A stretch of 64,000 nucleotides of DNA, from contig CAZBDY010000003.1 of NCBI GenBank assembly GCA_964490795.1, positions 2,752-66,751 of the forward strand. Reading direction: 5' to 3'. The position numbers and the translations under genes are program-made. The notes beneath the pieces are model-generated. The model made no database searches. It saw nothing but the letters and a program-made list of their open reading frames with translations, and was not told where the DNA came from. This DNA comes from Candidatus Woesearchaeota archaeon. Lineage in GTDB: Archaea; Nanobdellota; Nanobdellia; Pacearchaeales; GW2011-AR1. Below, in pieces: positions 46,785 to 55,455 of this stretch (position 1 is its first letter; each line of letters opens with the position of its first letter).

Positions 46785-47851
46785 AAATAGCTGTAATCTG
46801 CAGAAGTTTAGAAGTTTTCGGAGGTGTTCCAAAAACAGCAGTTTCTTGTATTGAAGCACTAAATTCTAAATCCATCATCCCAGATTTATATTCTCTATCA
46901 GCAGATAAAAGAATAGTTAAGAAAAAATTTAACAAAAACTTAAAATATAATTTTAAAAAAATGTTTGCTTTGAAAAGAACAGCATTATATTCTATGTTGT
47001 TCAAGGAACTATATAGGATTGGAAAAAAATATGATTATATTTATGACTTTACCAACACTCTTCCCTTAAAAACAAATAAAGGAAATTATTTTTCTTATAT
47101 TTATTTTCCAGAAATATTATTAGAAAAAAGAGGAAAATATAAAGGATTATGGAAATTTTATCTTTTGCCTAAAAAAATCATAAGTAGAATTGGATTAAAA
47201 ATAGCAAAAAAATCAAAAATAGATATTGCCTGTCTTGACTATTTTGTTGAAAAAGAATTTAGAAAAGTTTATGGTAAAAAAACAAAAATAATTTATCCTC
47301 CTGTAGAACTTAAAAATTTTAAATCAAGAAAAAAGAAAAAACAAGTGACAAGTGTGGCTTCTTTTACAATAGAAAAAAATCAACTTCTACAAGTTGATAT
47401 TTCAAAAAATTTCCCTCAAATTAAATTTAATATATGTGGAAAGGCAACAAGAATGCCTTCTTATTTTAAAAAAGTAAAAAATATTTCAGGAAAAATGAAA
47501 AATGTGTTTCTTTACCCAGATACAGATTTTAAAAAAATAAAATCTCTTTTATCTGAATCTTTAATATTTATTCATACAAGTAAAAATGAACCATTTGGAA
47601 TTTCTCCAGTGGAAGCAATGGCATCTGGTTGCATACCTTTAGTTCATAATTCTGGGGGAAATAAAGAAACAGTTCCTTTTCTAGAACTAAGATTTAATAA
47701 TGAAAAACAAGCTATTGAAAAATTAAAATACCTCTTATCCTTAAATAAATCTCATCTAGAAAAATACAGAAAAAAACTACAAAATCACATAAAAAAGTTT
47801 GATGAAGAAATTTATAAATCAAAACTACTTAAATATATTCAAGAAAAATGA
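46778..47851 (+). CDS. GT4 family (GT-B fold) glycosyltransferase
   Basis: NEPFGISPVEAMASGCIPLVHNSGG. Confidence 0.75.
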   Translation: MVKIAVICRSLEVFGGVPKTAVSCIEALNSKSIIPDLYSLSADKRIVKKKFNKNLKYNFKKMFALKRTALYSMLFKELYRIGKKYDYIYDFTNTLPLKTNKGNYFSYIYFPEILLEKRGKYKGLWKFYLLPKKIISRIGLKIAKKSKIDIACLDYFVEKEFRKVYGKKTKIIYPPVELKNFKSRKKKKQVTSVASFTIEKNQLLQVDISKNFPQIKFNICGKATRMPSYFKKVKNISGKMKNVFLYPDTDFKKIKSLLSESLIFIHTSKNEPFGISPVEAMASGCIPLVHNSGGNKETVPFLELRFNNEKQAIEKLKYLLSLNKSHLEKYRKKLQNHIKKFDEEIYKSKLLKYIQEK

Positions 47852-48816
47852 AACTAATGAAAAAAATATCCCGTTTTAAAAACAAACCTCTAGAAAATCT
47901 TATTTTCTTTGTTACAAGCAAATGTCCCTTGAATTGTAAACATTGTTTTTATAGAGCTGAATTAAACAAAAAGATTAATGAACTTTCCTTAAATGAAATA
48001 GAAAAAATAGCAAAAAACCTTCCTCACTTAAAACATGTCCAGTTATCAGGAGGAGAACCATTTGTAAGAAAAGATTTAACACAAGTAATAAAAATATTTC
48101 AAAAATATGGTGTGAAAAAAATTGGAATTCCTACTAATGGATTTTTTACTTCGCTTGTTGTTAAAAAATGTAAGGAAATAAAAAAATTAGGAATTGATTT
48201 TTCTATAAATGTCTCTATAGACGGATTTAAACCACTACATAATAAAATTCGTGGAAAACCTTGTTTTGATAAGGCAATTGAAACTTTTAAACAATTAAAA
48301 AAATTAGGAATTGAAACCGGCTTTAATGTATCTTTAAGCAAATTAAATTATTCTTCATATCTTGATTTATTAAAATATCTAAAAAGTTTAAATCCTGATT
48401 ATATAAATGTGATAATAGTTAGAGCTAAACCAGATATTCAAATAACTGCTGAACAATTTAAAAAAATAAAACCAGAAATAGAATCACTAACTTTAAAATA
48501 TAAAAATAAATTTTATAAAACAAGGCAAAAAATGTTGAATAATATCTATTTAGATATATTAAAAGGAAAAACTCTCCCTTTTCAGTGTTTGGCAGGAAAA
48601 ATAATAGCTGTATTAGAACCAGATGGACAGGTAAGAAGTTGTGAAATGAGAAAAAAGTTAGGAAATGCAAGAGATTATAATTATAATATAAATAAAATTT
48701 TACAAAAAGATAATATTCCAAAAAATTGCACCTGTATCCACTCTTGTTTTATCTCTCCTTCAATGAGTTATAATTTAAAATGGCTAACCAAAAACATCTT
48801 ATATCAGTATGTATAA
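47848..48816 (+). CDS. Radical SAM enzyme with a Cys-rich C-terminal (SPASM-like) region
   Basis: FVTSKCPLNCKHCFY CxxxCxxC motif; C-terminal cysteines (CLAGK...RSCE...CTCIHSCF). Confidence 0.75.
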   Translation: MKLMKKISRFKNKPLENLIFFVTSKCPLNCKHCFYRAELNKKINELSLNEIEKIAKNLPHLKHVQLSGGEPFVRKDLTQVIKIFQKYGVKKIGIPTNGFFTSLVVKKCKEIKKLGIDFSINVSIDGFKPLHNKIRGKPCFDKAIETFKQLKKLGIETGFNVSLSKLNYSSYLDLLKYLKSLNPDYINVIIVRAKPDIQITAEQFKKIKPEIESLTLKYKNKFYKTRQKMLNNIYLDILKGKTLPFQCLAGKIIAVLEPDGQVRSCEMRKKLGNARDYNYNINKILQKDNIPKNCTCIHSCFISPSMSYNLKWLTKNILYQYV

Positions 48817-49562
48817 TTTCACATCCAGATGAAAATTTAGATGCCTGTTTAGAATCTTTAAAGCAACAAAGTTATAATAAAAAACAGATAATTGTTCAAA
48901 AAAGAATAGGTAGATTTTCTGAGCTAAGAAACCAGATTATTGAAAAAGCAAAAGGAGATATAATAGCCTTCATAGATGCAGATTGTAAAGCAGAAAAACA
49001 CTGGTTAGAAGAAATTAATAATATTTTTCAAGATTCATCAATTATAGGAGTTTTTGGAAAAGTTCCTTATGAATTAAAAGGAAAAGTTCCTTCTATATCT
49101 ACAAGAATAATCAATAATGAAGGGCAGGGAGTATTAACTGCTAATGCGGCATTTAAAGCTGATATCTTAAAAAAAGTAAAATTTGATGAATCAATTAATT
49201 CTGGAGAAGATAAAGCCATACATAAAAGATTAGAAAACCATGGCAAAGTTATTTATTCTGACACCCCAATTGTTTTCCACACTTACCAAACCTGGAATTT
49301 TAAATCAATAATCAATCATTCAAAAAAATATATTGATTTATTAAAATTAAATGAAATTTACTCTGTTCCTATATCAAAAAAAGGTATTTTTGTATGGCCA
49401 GAACACTATCTAATAATTATTTTTCCACCACTAGTTCTTTTACTAAACTCTGTCAGAAGTTTTTATGATTTGAAAATAGCTTTAGGAAACTATATTGAAA
49501 AATTATACGCTCGTCTTCTTATCTGGAAGTATGCTATAAAAAACAAAAAACTTATTTTCTAA
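48780..49562 (+). CDS. GT2 family glycosyltransferase
   Basis: ISVCIISHPDENLDACLESLKQQ...FIDADCKAEKHWL. Confidence 0.75.
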   Translation: MANQKHLISVCIISHPDENLDACLESLKQQSYNKKQIIVQKRIGRFSELRNQIIEKAKGDIIAFIDADCKAEKHWLEEINNIFQDSSIIGVFGKVPYELKGKVPSISTRIINNEGQGVLTANAAFKADILKKVKFDESINSGEDKAIHKRLENHGKVIYSDTPIVFHTYQTWNFKSIINHSKKYIDLLKLNEIYSVPISKKGIFVWPEHYLIIIFPPLVLLLNSVRSFYDLKIALGNYIEKLYARLLIWKYAIKNKKLIF

Positions 49563-51042
49563 TTAAAGATTTCACTAATTCTATATCCTCTCTCTTTACA
49601 CCCTTAATTAAAAACAAAACAGAAAAATAAGTTAAAATCCCTATAAAAATTAGTCCTATTCCTAACAATAATGTCATATCATTAATTAAACTTAATAGAT
49701 AAAACAAAATACAAGCCATAATTATTCCTGAAAATAAAGGTTTTAAAAAATTTAATCTTAACTTGATTTTTAACTTCTCTCTTAATTTTCTTGATAAAAT
49801 CAAAACAAAAACTAAATTACTAATTCCAGTAGCAATTCCTGCTCCAACAGTTGAGGCATTTTGTGAGATTTTCAAAAACTGGCTTATTAAAACAAGGTTT
49901 AAAATAACATTTAGTATAGAAACAAAAATAACTGGCTTAATATAATACTCTGGTTTTCCTCTAGCATCAAACAAAGATACAAAAATCTGAATTACAGGGA
50001 CAATCATAACTATAAAAGACAACACCATTAAAGAATAAAAAGCTTGCAAATACTGAATTCCAAATAAAATCTTGATAAAATACCTAGATAAAACTAAAAC
50101 CCCAAAAAAAGAGGGTATTGTAATAATCATTAAATAATGAATAACTTTGTTAAGAGAAGGTTCTAATGATTTTTTCTTAAACTGAGTAAAATAAGGCAAT
50201 AAAACCTGTGCAAATGCAAAAAAAGCAACAACACCAGTCATTAAAGAAAATGAAACCTTATAAAACCCGACAAATTCAGGCTTAACAAAAATTCCTAACA
50301 TTAAAATATCAATATATGAAAAAAATACAAAAGAGATTCCTCCTAAAACTAAAAAACTAAAAAATTTAATAACATTTTTCTTATTTATTTTTTCTTTAGA
50401 TTTTTCAAATATCTCTGGTTTTATTTTTTTAAGATAATATAAAGAAAATAATAAAGCAAAAGAAGAAGCAAAAATTGATGCAAAAATTGCTCCTACAACT
50501 TTATAACTTTCTGAAATTAAATAAAAAATTGCAATAACTAATCCAATTTTAATAATCCCTGAAAACAATTCTTTAAATGTAACATAATTAACTTTTTTTA
50601 ATGAAAAAAATATAGCATTAAAAAATCTCTCAAATGAAAAAATAAAAATATAAAATCCAGCAATAATTAATGCAGGAAATAATTCTATATGCCTAAATAC
50701 ATAAACTGAAAAAGGATAAGACAATATAAAGAAGATAATAGTAACAAAAATAACTACTAAAACTTTTATTTTAAAAATATATCTAAAGTAACTTGATAAT
50801 TTTGTTTTTTTATTTTTAAGATAAAAAGAAAGATATCTATTCAGAGTTTTATCAATTCCTATGGTTGTAAATGTTATAAAAAAACTTGCCAAAGTCATTG
50901 CCAAAGTGTAAATTCCATATCCCTCTGGCATTAACAATCTTGCTACAATTATAGTAAAAACAAGGGCTCCTCCCTTGCCTGCTATTTTTGAAAAAAAATT
51001 CCACATACTATTTTCAGCAACTTCTTTTCTTAATTTTGTCAT
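49552..51042 (-). CDS. Polysaccharide/oligosaccharide flippase (MOP superfamily, Wzx-like)
   Basis: 496 aa, about 14 TM segments, with a typical N-terminal segment FSKIAGKGGALVFTIIVARLLMPEGYGIY. Confidence 0.8.
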   Translation of the reverse strand: MTKLRKEVAENSMWNFFSKIAGKGGALVFTIIVARLLMPEGYGIYTLAMTLASFFITFTTIGIDKTLNRYLSFYLKNKKTKLSSYFRYIFKIKVLVVIFVTIIFFILSYPFSVYVFRHIELFPALIIAGFYIFIFSFERFFNAIFFSLKKVNYVTFKELFSGIIKIGLVIAIFYLISESYKVVGAIFASIFASSFALLFSLYYLKKIKPEIFEKSKEKINKKNVIKFFSFLVLGGISFVFFSYIDILMLGIFVKPEFVGFYKVSFSLMTGVVAFFAFAQVLLPYFTQFKKKSLEPSLNKVIHYLMIITIPSFFGVLVLSRYFIKILFGIQYLQAFYSLMVLSFIVMIVPVIQIFVSLFDARGKPEYYIKPVIFVSILNVILNLVLISQFLKISQNASTVGAGIATGISNLVFVLILSRKLREKLKIKLRLNFLKPLFSGIIMACILFYLLSLINDMTLLLGIGLIFIGILTYFSVLFLIKGVKREDIELVKSLIRK

Positions 51043-51054
51043 TTTCTCTATTTT

Positions 51055-51513
51055 TTACTCTACCTTAAGGATTTTCTTGTTTTTATTTCTTATTAAAGTA
51101 TAAATTAAAGACATTTTAATAACTGGGTTATCTTTATGATAAATCATATGAATATAATCTAAACATAAATGAAATAAAAATCCTAGAGCAATAAATAAAA
51201 ATATCTTATAAAAGTAAGATAAAATTAATAAGCTAAAAATAATTTCAAAATAATGGAAGATAACTATATCTGCCTTATATTTTTTTCTTTTATCTGGACT
51301 TAAGCTAACCCATTTTTTGCCTTTTTTATAAAAATACTGGTAAGCCTTTTTTAAACTTAAATCTTTTTTCTTGAAAACTCTATTAATATAATGGTCTGCA
51401 TCAATTAAAAAACTGGAAAAAAAGAAAACTAAAATAAATAAATAATTTATTCCAAAAAAATATAAAATTAAAGAAGCAACTAATCCTAATAAGATATGAT
51501 ATTTAGGCAACAT
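51055..51513 (-). CDS. Small membrane protein, possible DUF457-like metal-dependent hydrolase
   Basis: MLPKYHILLG...FLIDADHYI...HLCLDYIH His/Asp pattern in TM helices. Confidence 0.45.
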   Translation of the reverse strand: MLPKYHILLGLVASLILYFFGINYLFILVFFFSSFLIDADHYINRVFKKKDLSLKKAYQYFYKKGKKWVSLSPDKRKKYKADIVIFHYFEIIFSLLILSYFYKIFLFIALGFLFHLCLDYIHMIYHKDNPVIKMSLIYTLIRNKNKKILKVE

Positions 51514-51589
51514 TTTTCTTCTTGTTTTTCTGATTTATTTTTTATTTTTCTTGCTATAACAAAGATTATTTGTTTTTTATTCTTATTGA

Positions 51590-51868
51590 TTAACTAACTA
51601 AACTCAATACTCCTTTTTGAATTAAAAATAGGGACACTAATCCTACTGCAAAAAAAGGAAGAGAAAATTCAAATGAAATGAAAATGATTATAGCAGAAGT
51701 TACATCTAATATGCTTGCTATATCTCCTGATGACAAAAATATCGCACCTTTTCCCAATAAATAAAAACAAATAACAAGCAACAATTCCTGTCCAGGAATA
51801 TTAAACAAAGATAGCCAAAAAATAAAACCAGATAAGAAATCAAAAATTCCAAAAATTTTGATAATCAT
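51590..51868 (-). CDS. 92-aa hydrophobic protein, unknown function
   Basis: ORF starts immediately after the secD stop; three predicted TM helices. Confidence 0.4.
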   Translation of the reverse strand: MIIKIFGIFDFLSGFIFWLSLFNIPGQELLLVICFYLLGKGAIFLSSGDIASILDVTSAIIIFISFEFSLPFFAVGLVSLFLIQKGVLSLVS

Positions 51869-53386
51869 TTATCCCTCAATTTTCTTTAACAAGTCAGCAA
51901 ACGCAGGTCTTGTAATTAGTACACCTGCAGTAATACCAATTATAGTTGTAACAGCAAATCCTCTTAACAATCCTGCTCCTGCCCAGTAAATAGGAATTAA
52001 AGCAGCTAAACTTGTAAAATAAGCTCCTATTATAATAGATAAAGCTCTTTTAATTTTTTGAACAATTCCTTTTTCTTTTCCTTTTGATTCATCAATCAAA
52101 ATAATCTGTTGGTCCACTCCTGTACCAATAACTGTTAATATTCCGGCTATACTTGCTAAATCTAAATTCCATCCAATTAAGGCAGCAACTCCTAAGATAA
52201 TAATAATCTCAGAAAAAGCAGTAAACAATAAAGCAAGAGAAGATTTTAATCTCCTATATCTAATCATAACAATTAAAGAAACAGCTAATAAAGAAGCCAC
52301 TCCTGCTAATAATAAATAATTTATAAATTGTTTTCCCAAAACAGGAGAAATAGTATCTAACTTAACTATCTCTAATTTATAAGGCAAACTTCCTGTAATC
52401 AAAACTGTCTGCAATTTATTCATATCTGCTACTGCCTGATTATAAGCCTGTTCCTGATTTGTTCCTTGTCCTGAACCAGAAATAGAAATCTGGGTTGTTA
52501 CTCTCCCTTTTAAATTTTCAGAAATTAACAATGAATCCACTTTCTCATCATCTAAATATAAATCTAATTTTTTTTCTAAATATCTCCCCTGCCCTGTTGT
52601 TGTATTAACTGATAGATTTTCAGTTATTTTGGCATGTTTTTCAGCTGCCTGTTCAGATAAATAAATAGTAAAACTAAATTGGCATACATATCCTTCCTCT
52701 GTCTGAGAACACCTCTCAATTCTGGCACAAGTAGCATCATTTCTACATACTGAAGTAATATCTTTTTCTCCCCCTCTAAAAACTGTCTCATCTCCTATTT
52801 TTGCCTCAAATTTTCCTTGCTCTCCTACTAATTCTTCCAGCTCATCTGGAGTTGCTCCTGCAATTTCAACTAACATAAAATTATTTCCTTCTAAATCTGT
52901 TATCGGCCTTATATTAACATCACTCAATCCATAAATATTAAATCTTTGTTCTGTAACAGAAATTAAATCTGAAATTTGGGAAGAAGATAAAGACACATTT
53001 TCAGGCTTAACTAAGGCTCTTGCTCCTCCAGATAAATCCAACCCTGTTTTTATTCTTGTTTTAGGGATTTCACCTACAACTATCTCTGGACTTTTATCTG
53101 TAAAAGCAATTATCTCTTGTTCTTTTGTCTGAAAAATAATCTTAGTAAAATTATCTTGTTGAAAATATATTTCCGAAATTATTTTAGTATAGTCTTCTAC
53201 ACTTTTTACCTCCTGATTATTAATCCCTTTAATTATCATTTCTTGCCTTAATCCCTCATTAAATAATGTTGAATTTTTCTCAACACTTTTCACAACAACT
53301 CCTGATTCAAAACTAGGAGATATTGCCAATAAAGATAAAGCCAAAGCTATAATTAAAATCCACAGTCTTAATCCTATTTTTTTCAT
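51869..53386 (-). CDS. secD: Protein-export membrane protein SecD
   Basis: GLDLSGGARALV motif, large periplasmic-type loop, C-terminal 5 TM. Confidence 0.85.
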   Translation of the reverse strand: MKKIGLRLWILIIALALSLLAISPSFESGVVVKSVEKNSTLFNEGLRQEMIIKGINNQEVKSVEDYTKIISEIYFQQDNFTKIIFQTKEQEIIAFTDKSPEIVVGEIPKTRIKTGLDLSGGARALVKPENVSLSSSQISDLISVTEQRFNIYGLSDVNIRPITDLEGNNFMLVEIAGATPDELEELVGEQGKFEAKIGDETVFRGGEKDITSVCRNDATCARIERCSQTEEGYVCQFSFTIYLSEQAAEKHAKITENLSVNTTTGQGRYLEKKLDLYLDDEKVDSLLISENLKGRVTTQISISGSGQGTNQEQAYNQAVADMNKLQTVLITGSLPYKLEIVKLDTISPVLGKQFINYLLLAGVASLLAVSLIVMIRYRRLKSSLALLFTAFSEIIIILGVAALIGWNLDLASIAGILTVIGTGVDQQIILIDESKGKEKGIVQKIKRALSIIIGAYFTSLAALIPIYWAGAGLLRGFAVTTIIGITAGVLITRPAFADLLKKIEG

Positions 53387-53397
53387 TTTCTTAAATT

Positions 53398-54273
53398 TTA
53401 ATTTATTCCTTTTTTCTCAGCATACCATTTTAATATTCCTAAATTCACAAACCAAGTATTCATTAAATCAAAACTTAATCCTATTGCCAAGATAGTAAAT
53501 AACTGGGCAAGAGCATTAGAAAGTGAACTTATTATCAACAAAGAGATTATAACTGCTGTCAATGATGTTAAAGTCATTGTTATTCCTGTTTTAAATGCTG
53601 AAAATATTCTCTCATTCAAACTTCCTTCTCTTCTTTTCAAAATTTTAGTAGTCAGTAAAATGTCTGAATCAACAGAATACCCGATTAACATTAAAAAAGC
53701 CACAATTCCGGCCGAAGAAACTTTTATTTCAAGAAAATTAACTAAAGCAAGAGCCATAACAATATCAGAAAATGCTGATAAAACTACTGCTAAACTTGGT
53801 ATAAATGTTCTGAAAATAATGAAAACCACTATTGACATCAAAATAAAAGCAATAATTATTGCTATTCTTAACTGTCTATAAAATCCCTCTCCAATTGAAC
53901 TTCCTGTAAATTCTACAGAAGAATTTTCTTGAGTTAACCCATATCCTAAATAATTTTCTAAATTTCCTTTAATTATCTCTGGCTCTTCTGCAACCTCTAC
54001 AATAAATGCCTGTTGCTGTCTTGTCCTTAAATCACTTATCTCTCTAACACTAAAATCTTCAAAATGATTTGAAAGAAAGTCTTTTAATTCTTGCAGATTA
54101 GTTTGATTAAATACAGTTATTGTAGTTCCTCCTCTTAAACTAATATCTCTTTTTATTAACTCTCCTGTATCTCGATAAAAACTAAAAACATAAGTTAAAG
54201 ATAAAATTAATAGCAGGGCTGGAACTATCATTAATATTTTGTAACTTTTATCATGCCAATTTTTTTCTGTCAT
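53398..54273 (-). CDS. secF: Protein-export membrane protein SecF
   Basis: Typical SecF TM core (LIGYSVDSDILL). Start moved to MTEKNWHDK because the track's upstream extension overlaps tRNA-Gly. Confidence 0.85.
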   Translation of the reverse strand: MTEKNWHDKSYKILMIVPALLLILSLTYVFSFYRDTGELIKRDISLRGGTTITVFNQTNLQELKDFLSNHFEDFSVREISDLRTRQQQAFIVEVAEEPEIIKGNLENYLGYGLTQENSSVEFTGSSIGEGFYRQLRIAIIIAFILMSIVVFIIFRTFIPSLAVVLSAFSDIVMALALVNFLEIKVSSAGIVAFLMLIGYSVDSDILLTTKILKRREGSLNERIFSAFKTGITMTLTSLTAVIISLLIISSLSNALAQLFTILAIGLSFDLMNTWFVNLGILKWYAEKKGIN

Positions 54274-54284
54274 TTTATTTAAAA

Positions 54285-54355
54285 TGCGCCGAATGGGATT
54301 CGAACCCATGTCAACAGCTTGGAAGGCTGTGATCCTGCCACTAGACTACCGGCGC
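54285..54355 (-). tRNA. tRNA-Gly (anticodon UCC)
   Basis: Minus strand GCGCCGGTAGTCTAGTGGCAGGATCACAGCCTTCCAAGCTGTTGACATGGGTTCGAATCCCATTCGGCGCA. Cloverleaf with acceptor GCGCCGG/TCGGCGC, anticodon loop CTTCCAA and T-loop TTCGAAT; no encoded CCA. Confidence 0.9.
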
Positions 54356-54438
54356 CAAGCTTATTGATCAGAAAATTTTCTTACTAATTATAACTGATCA
54401 ATGAGCGAGTTATATATTTATATAGAAAAAAATGTGTT

Positions 54439-54729
54439 TTAAAGGTTTTCTTTTTCCAGTTTTTTATTCTTATCCTCAATTTTCAATAACTCTTTTGTTT
54501 TAACAGCTATCCATTCTCTATGTAATATTAAATGAAGTAAAACAAACAATATTAAAATTATCCCGCTCCAATCATGAATTTTAGAAAAAACCTGAATTAA
54601 AGAAGATTGCCACTCTAATCCTAAATAATTCATAACTTCCCTTAATTTAATTATCCCAGTTACAGACACAACTAAAAAACTAATTCCAAGAATAACATCA
54701 ATCCAGTAATTTACATCATCTTTTTCCAT
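54439..54729 (-). CDS. Small membrane protein, DUF4405-like
   Basis: MEKDDVNYWIDVILGISF...HDWSGIILILFVLLHLILH. Start moved downstream of tRNA-Arg; TATA box at -29. Confidence 0.5.
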   Translation of the reverse strand: MEKDDVNYWIDVILGISFLVVSVTGIIKLREVMNYLGLEWQSSLIQVFSKIHDWSGIILILFVLLHLILHREWIAVKTKELLKIEDKNKKLEKENL

Positions 54730-54749
54730 GTCTATATTAACTATTCTCA

Positions 54750-54758
54750 ATATTAAAA
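54750..54758 (-). promoter_or_regulatory. TATA box (TTTTAATAT on the minus strand)
   Basis: Starts 29 nt upstream of ATG 54729, immediately downstream of tRNA-Arg. Confidence 0.45.
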
Positions 54759-54768
54759 CCTTTTGAAA

Positions 54769-54842
54769 CGCGCCTGGAAGGACTTGAACCTTCGACACCA
54801 AGCTTAGGAAGCTTGTGCTCTATCCAACTGAGCTACAGGCGC
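54769..54842 (-). tRNA. tRNA-Arg (anticodon CCU)
   Basis: Minus strand GCGCCTGTAGCTCAGTTGGATAGAGCACAAGCTTCCTAAGCTTGGTGTCGAAGGTTCAAGTCCTTCCAGGCGCG, with anticodon loop TTCCTAA. Confidence 0.9.
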
Positions 54843-54890
54843 TTACTATAAAAATTTACAAAAACTTCAAGAACTAACAAGTTAAAAAAC

Positions 54891-55448
54891 CTATCTTTTT
54901 AAAAAATGAAATATTTTCTTCTTTTGTTTTTTTTCTGGTTTTTTTCTTGTTTTAAAGAAAATAACTCCTATATTATATGCTTGGCAAGATTTTGCCTGAA
55001 CTAAATCAGCTGTTATCAATATAGCCTTCTTTTTGCTTGTTGTCTCTCTAATCATTGAATCGATTTCTCCTGATTTTGCAAACCTAATTTCATGCAATCC
55101 TGGCCTTTTTCCTGAAAATTCAACCTTAATATCCTTATAATTATGTAATCTTGCTACCTGTTCTAATCCAATAAATCCCTCTTGTTTTCCTTTATTTGCC
55201 AGGTTTTCTAATTCAGCCATAACTGCATTAGGAACAATTATTTTTCCCTTTAATCCTTTTCTTTTCAATTTTGGAACAACTTTATTTATCACAGCAGAAG
55301 TATCAATCACATAATTTTTTCTTATCTTACTAATCTTATATGTATTTAAACTCCTCCTTGCCCTTTTCTTAATCTCTCCTGTATTAATATAATCTTTTTT
55401 TGTTCTGGTTTTTTTTCTGCTTGATTTTTTATATGCCTTTCTTAACAT
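54891..55448 (-). CDS. PIN-domain protein with a basic N-terminal extension
   Basis: NYVIDTSAVIN...IIVPNAVMAELENLA...GEIDSMIRE...ILITADLVQAKSCQAYNIGVIFF (acidic residues of the PilT N-terminus type). Confidence 0.6.
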   Translation of the reverse strand: MLRKAYKKSSRKKTRTKKDYINTGEIKKRARRSLNTYKISKIRKNYVIDTSAVINKVVPKLKRKGLKGKIIVPNAVMAELENLANKGKQEGFIGLEQVARLHNYKDIKVEFSGKRPGLHEIRFAKSGEIDSMIRETTSKKKAILITADLVQAKSCQAYNIGVIFFKTRKKPEKKQKKKIFHFLKR

Positions 55449-55455
55449 ATTGATA

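Noticed and set aside
54274-54309. N-terminal extension of secF (MGSNPIRRILNK...) given in the ORF track.
   Set aside because: The extension is the reverse complement of tRNA-Gly. The MTEKNWHDK start at 54273 gives a normal SecF N-terminus.
54730-54801. N-terminal extension of the DUF4405-like ORF (MVSKVQVLPGAFQK...).
   Set aside because: It overlaps tRNA-Arg. ATG 54729 has a TATA box exactly 29 nt upstream.
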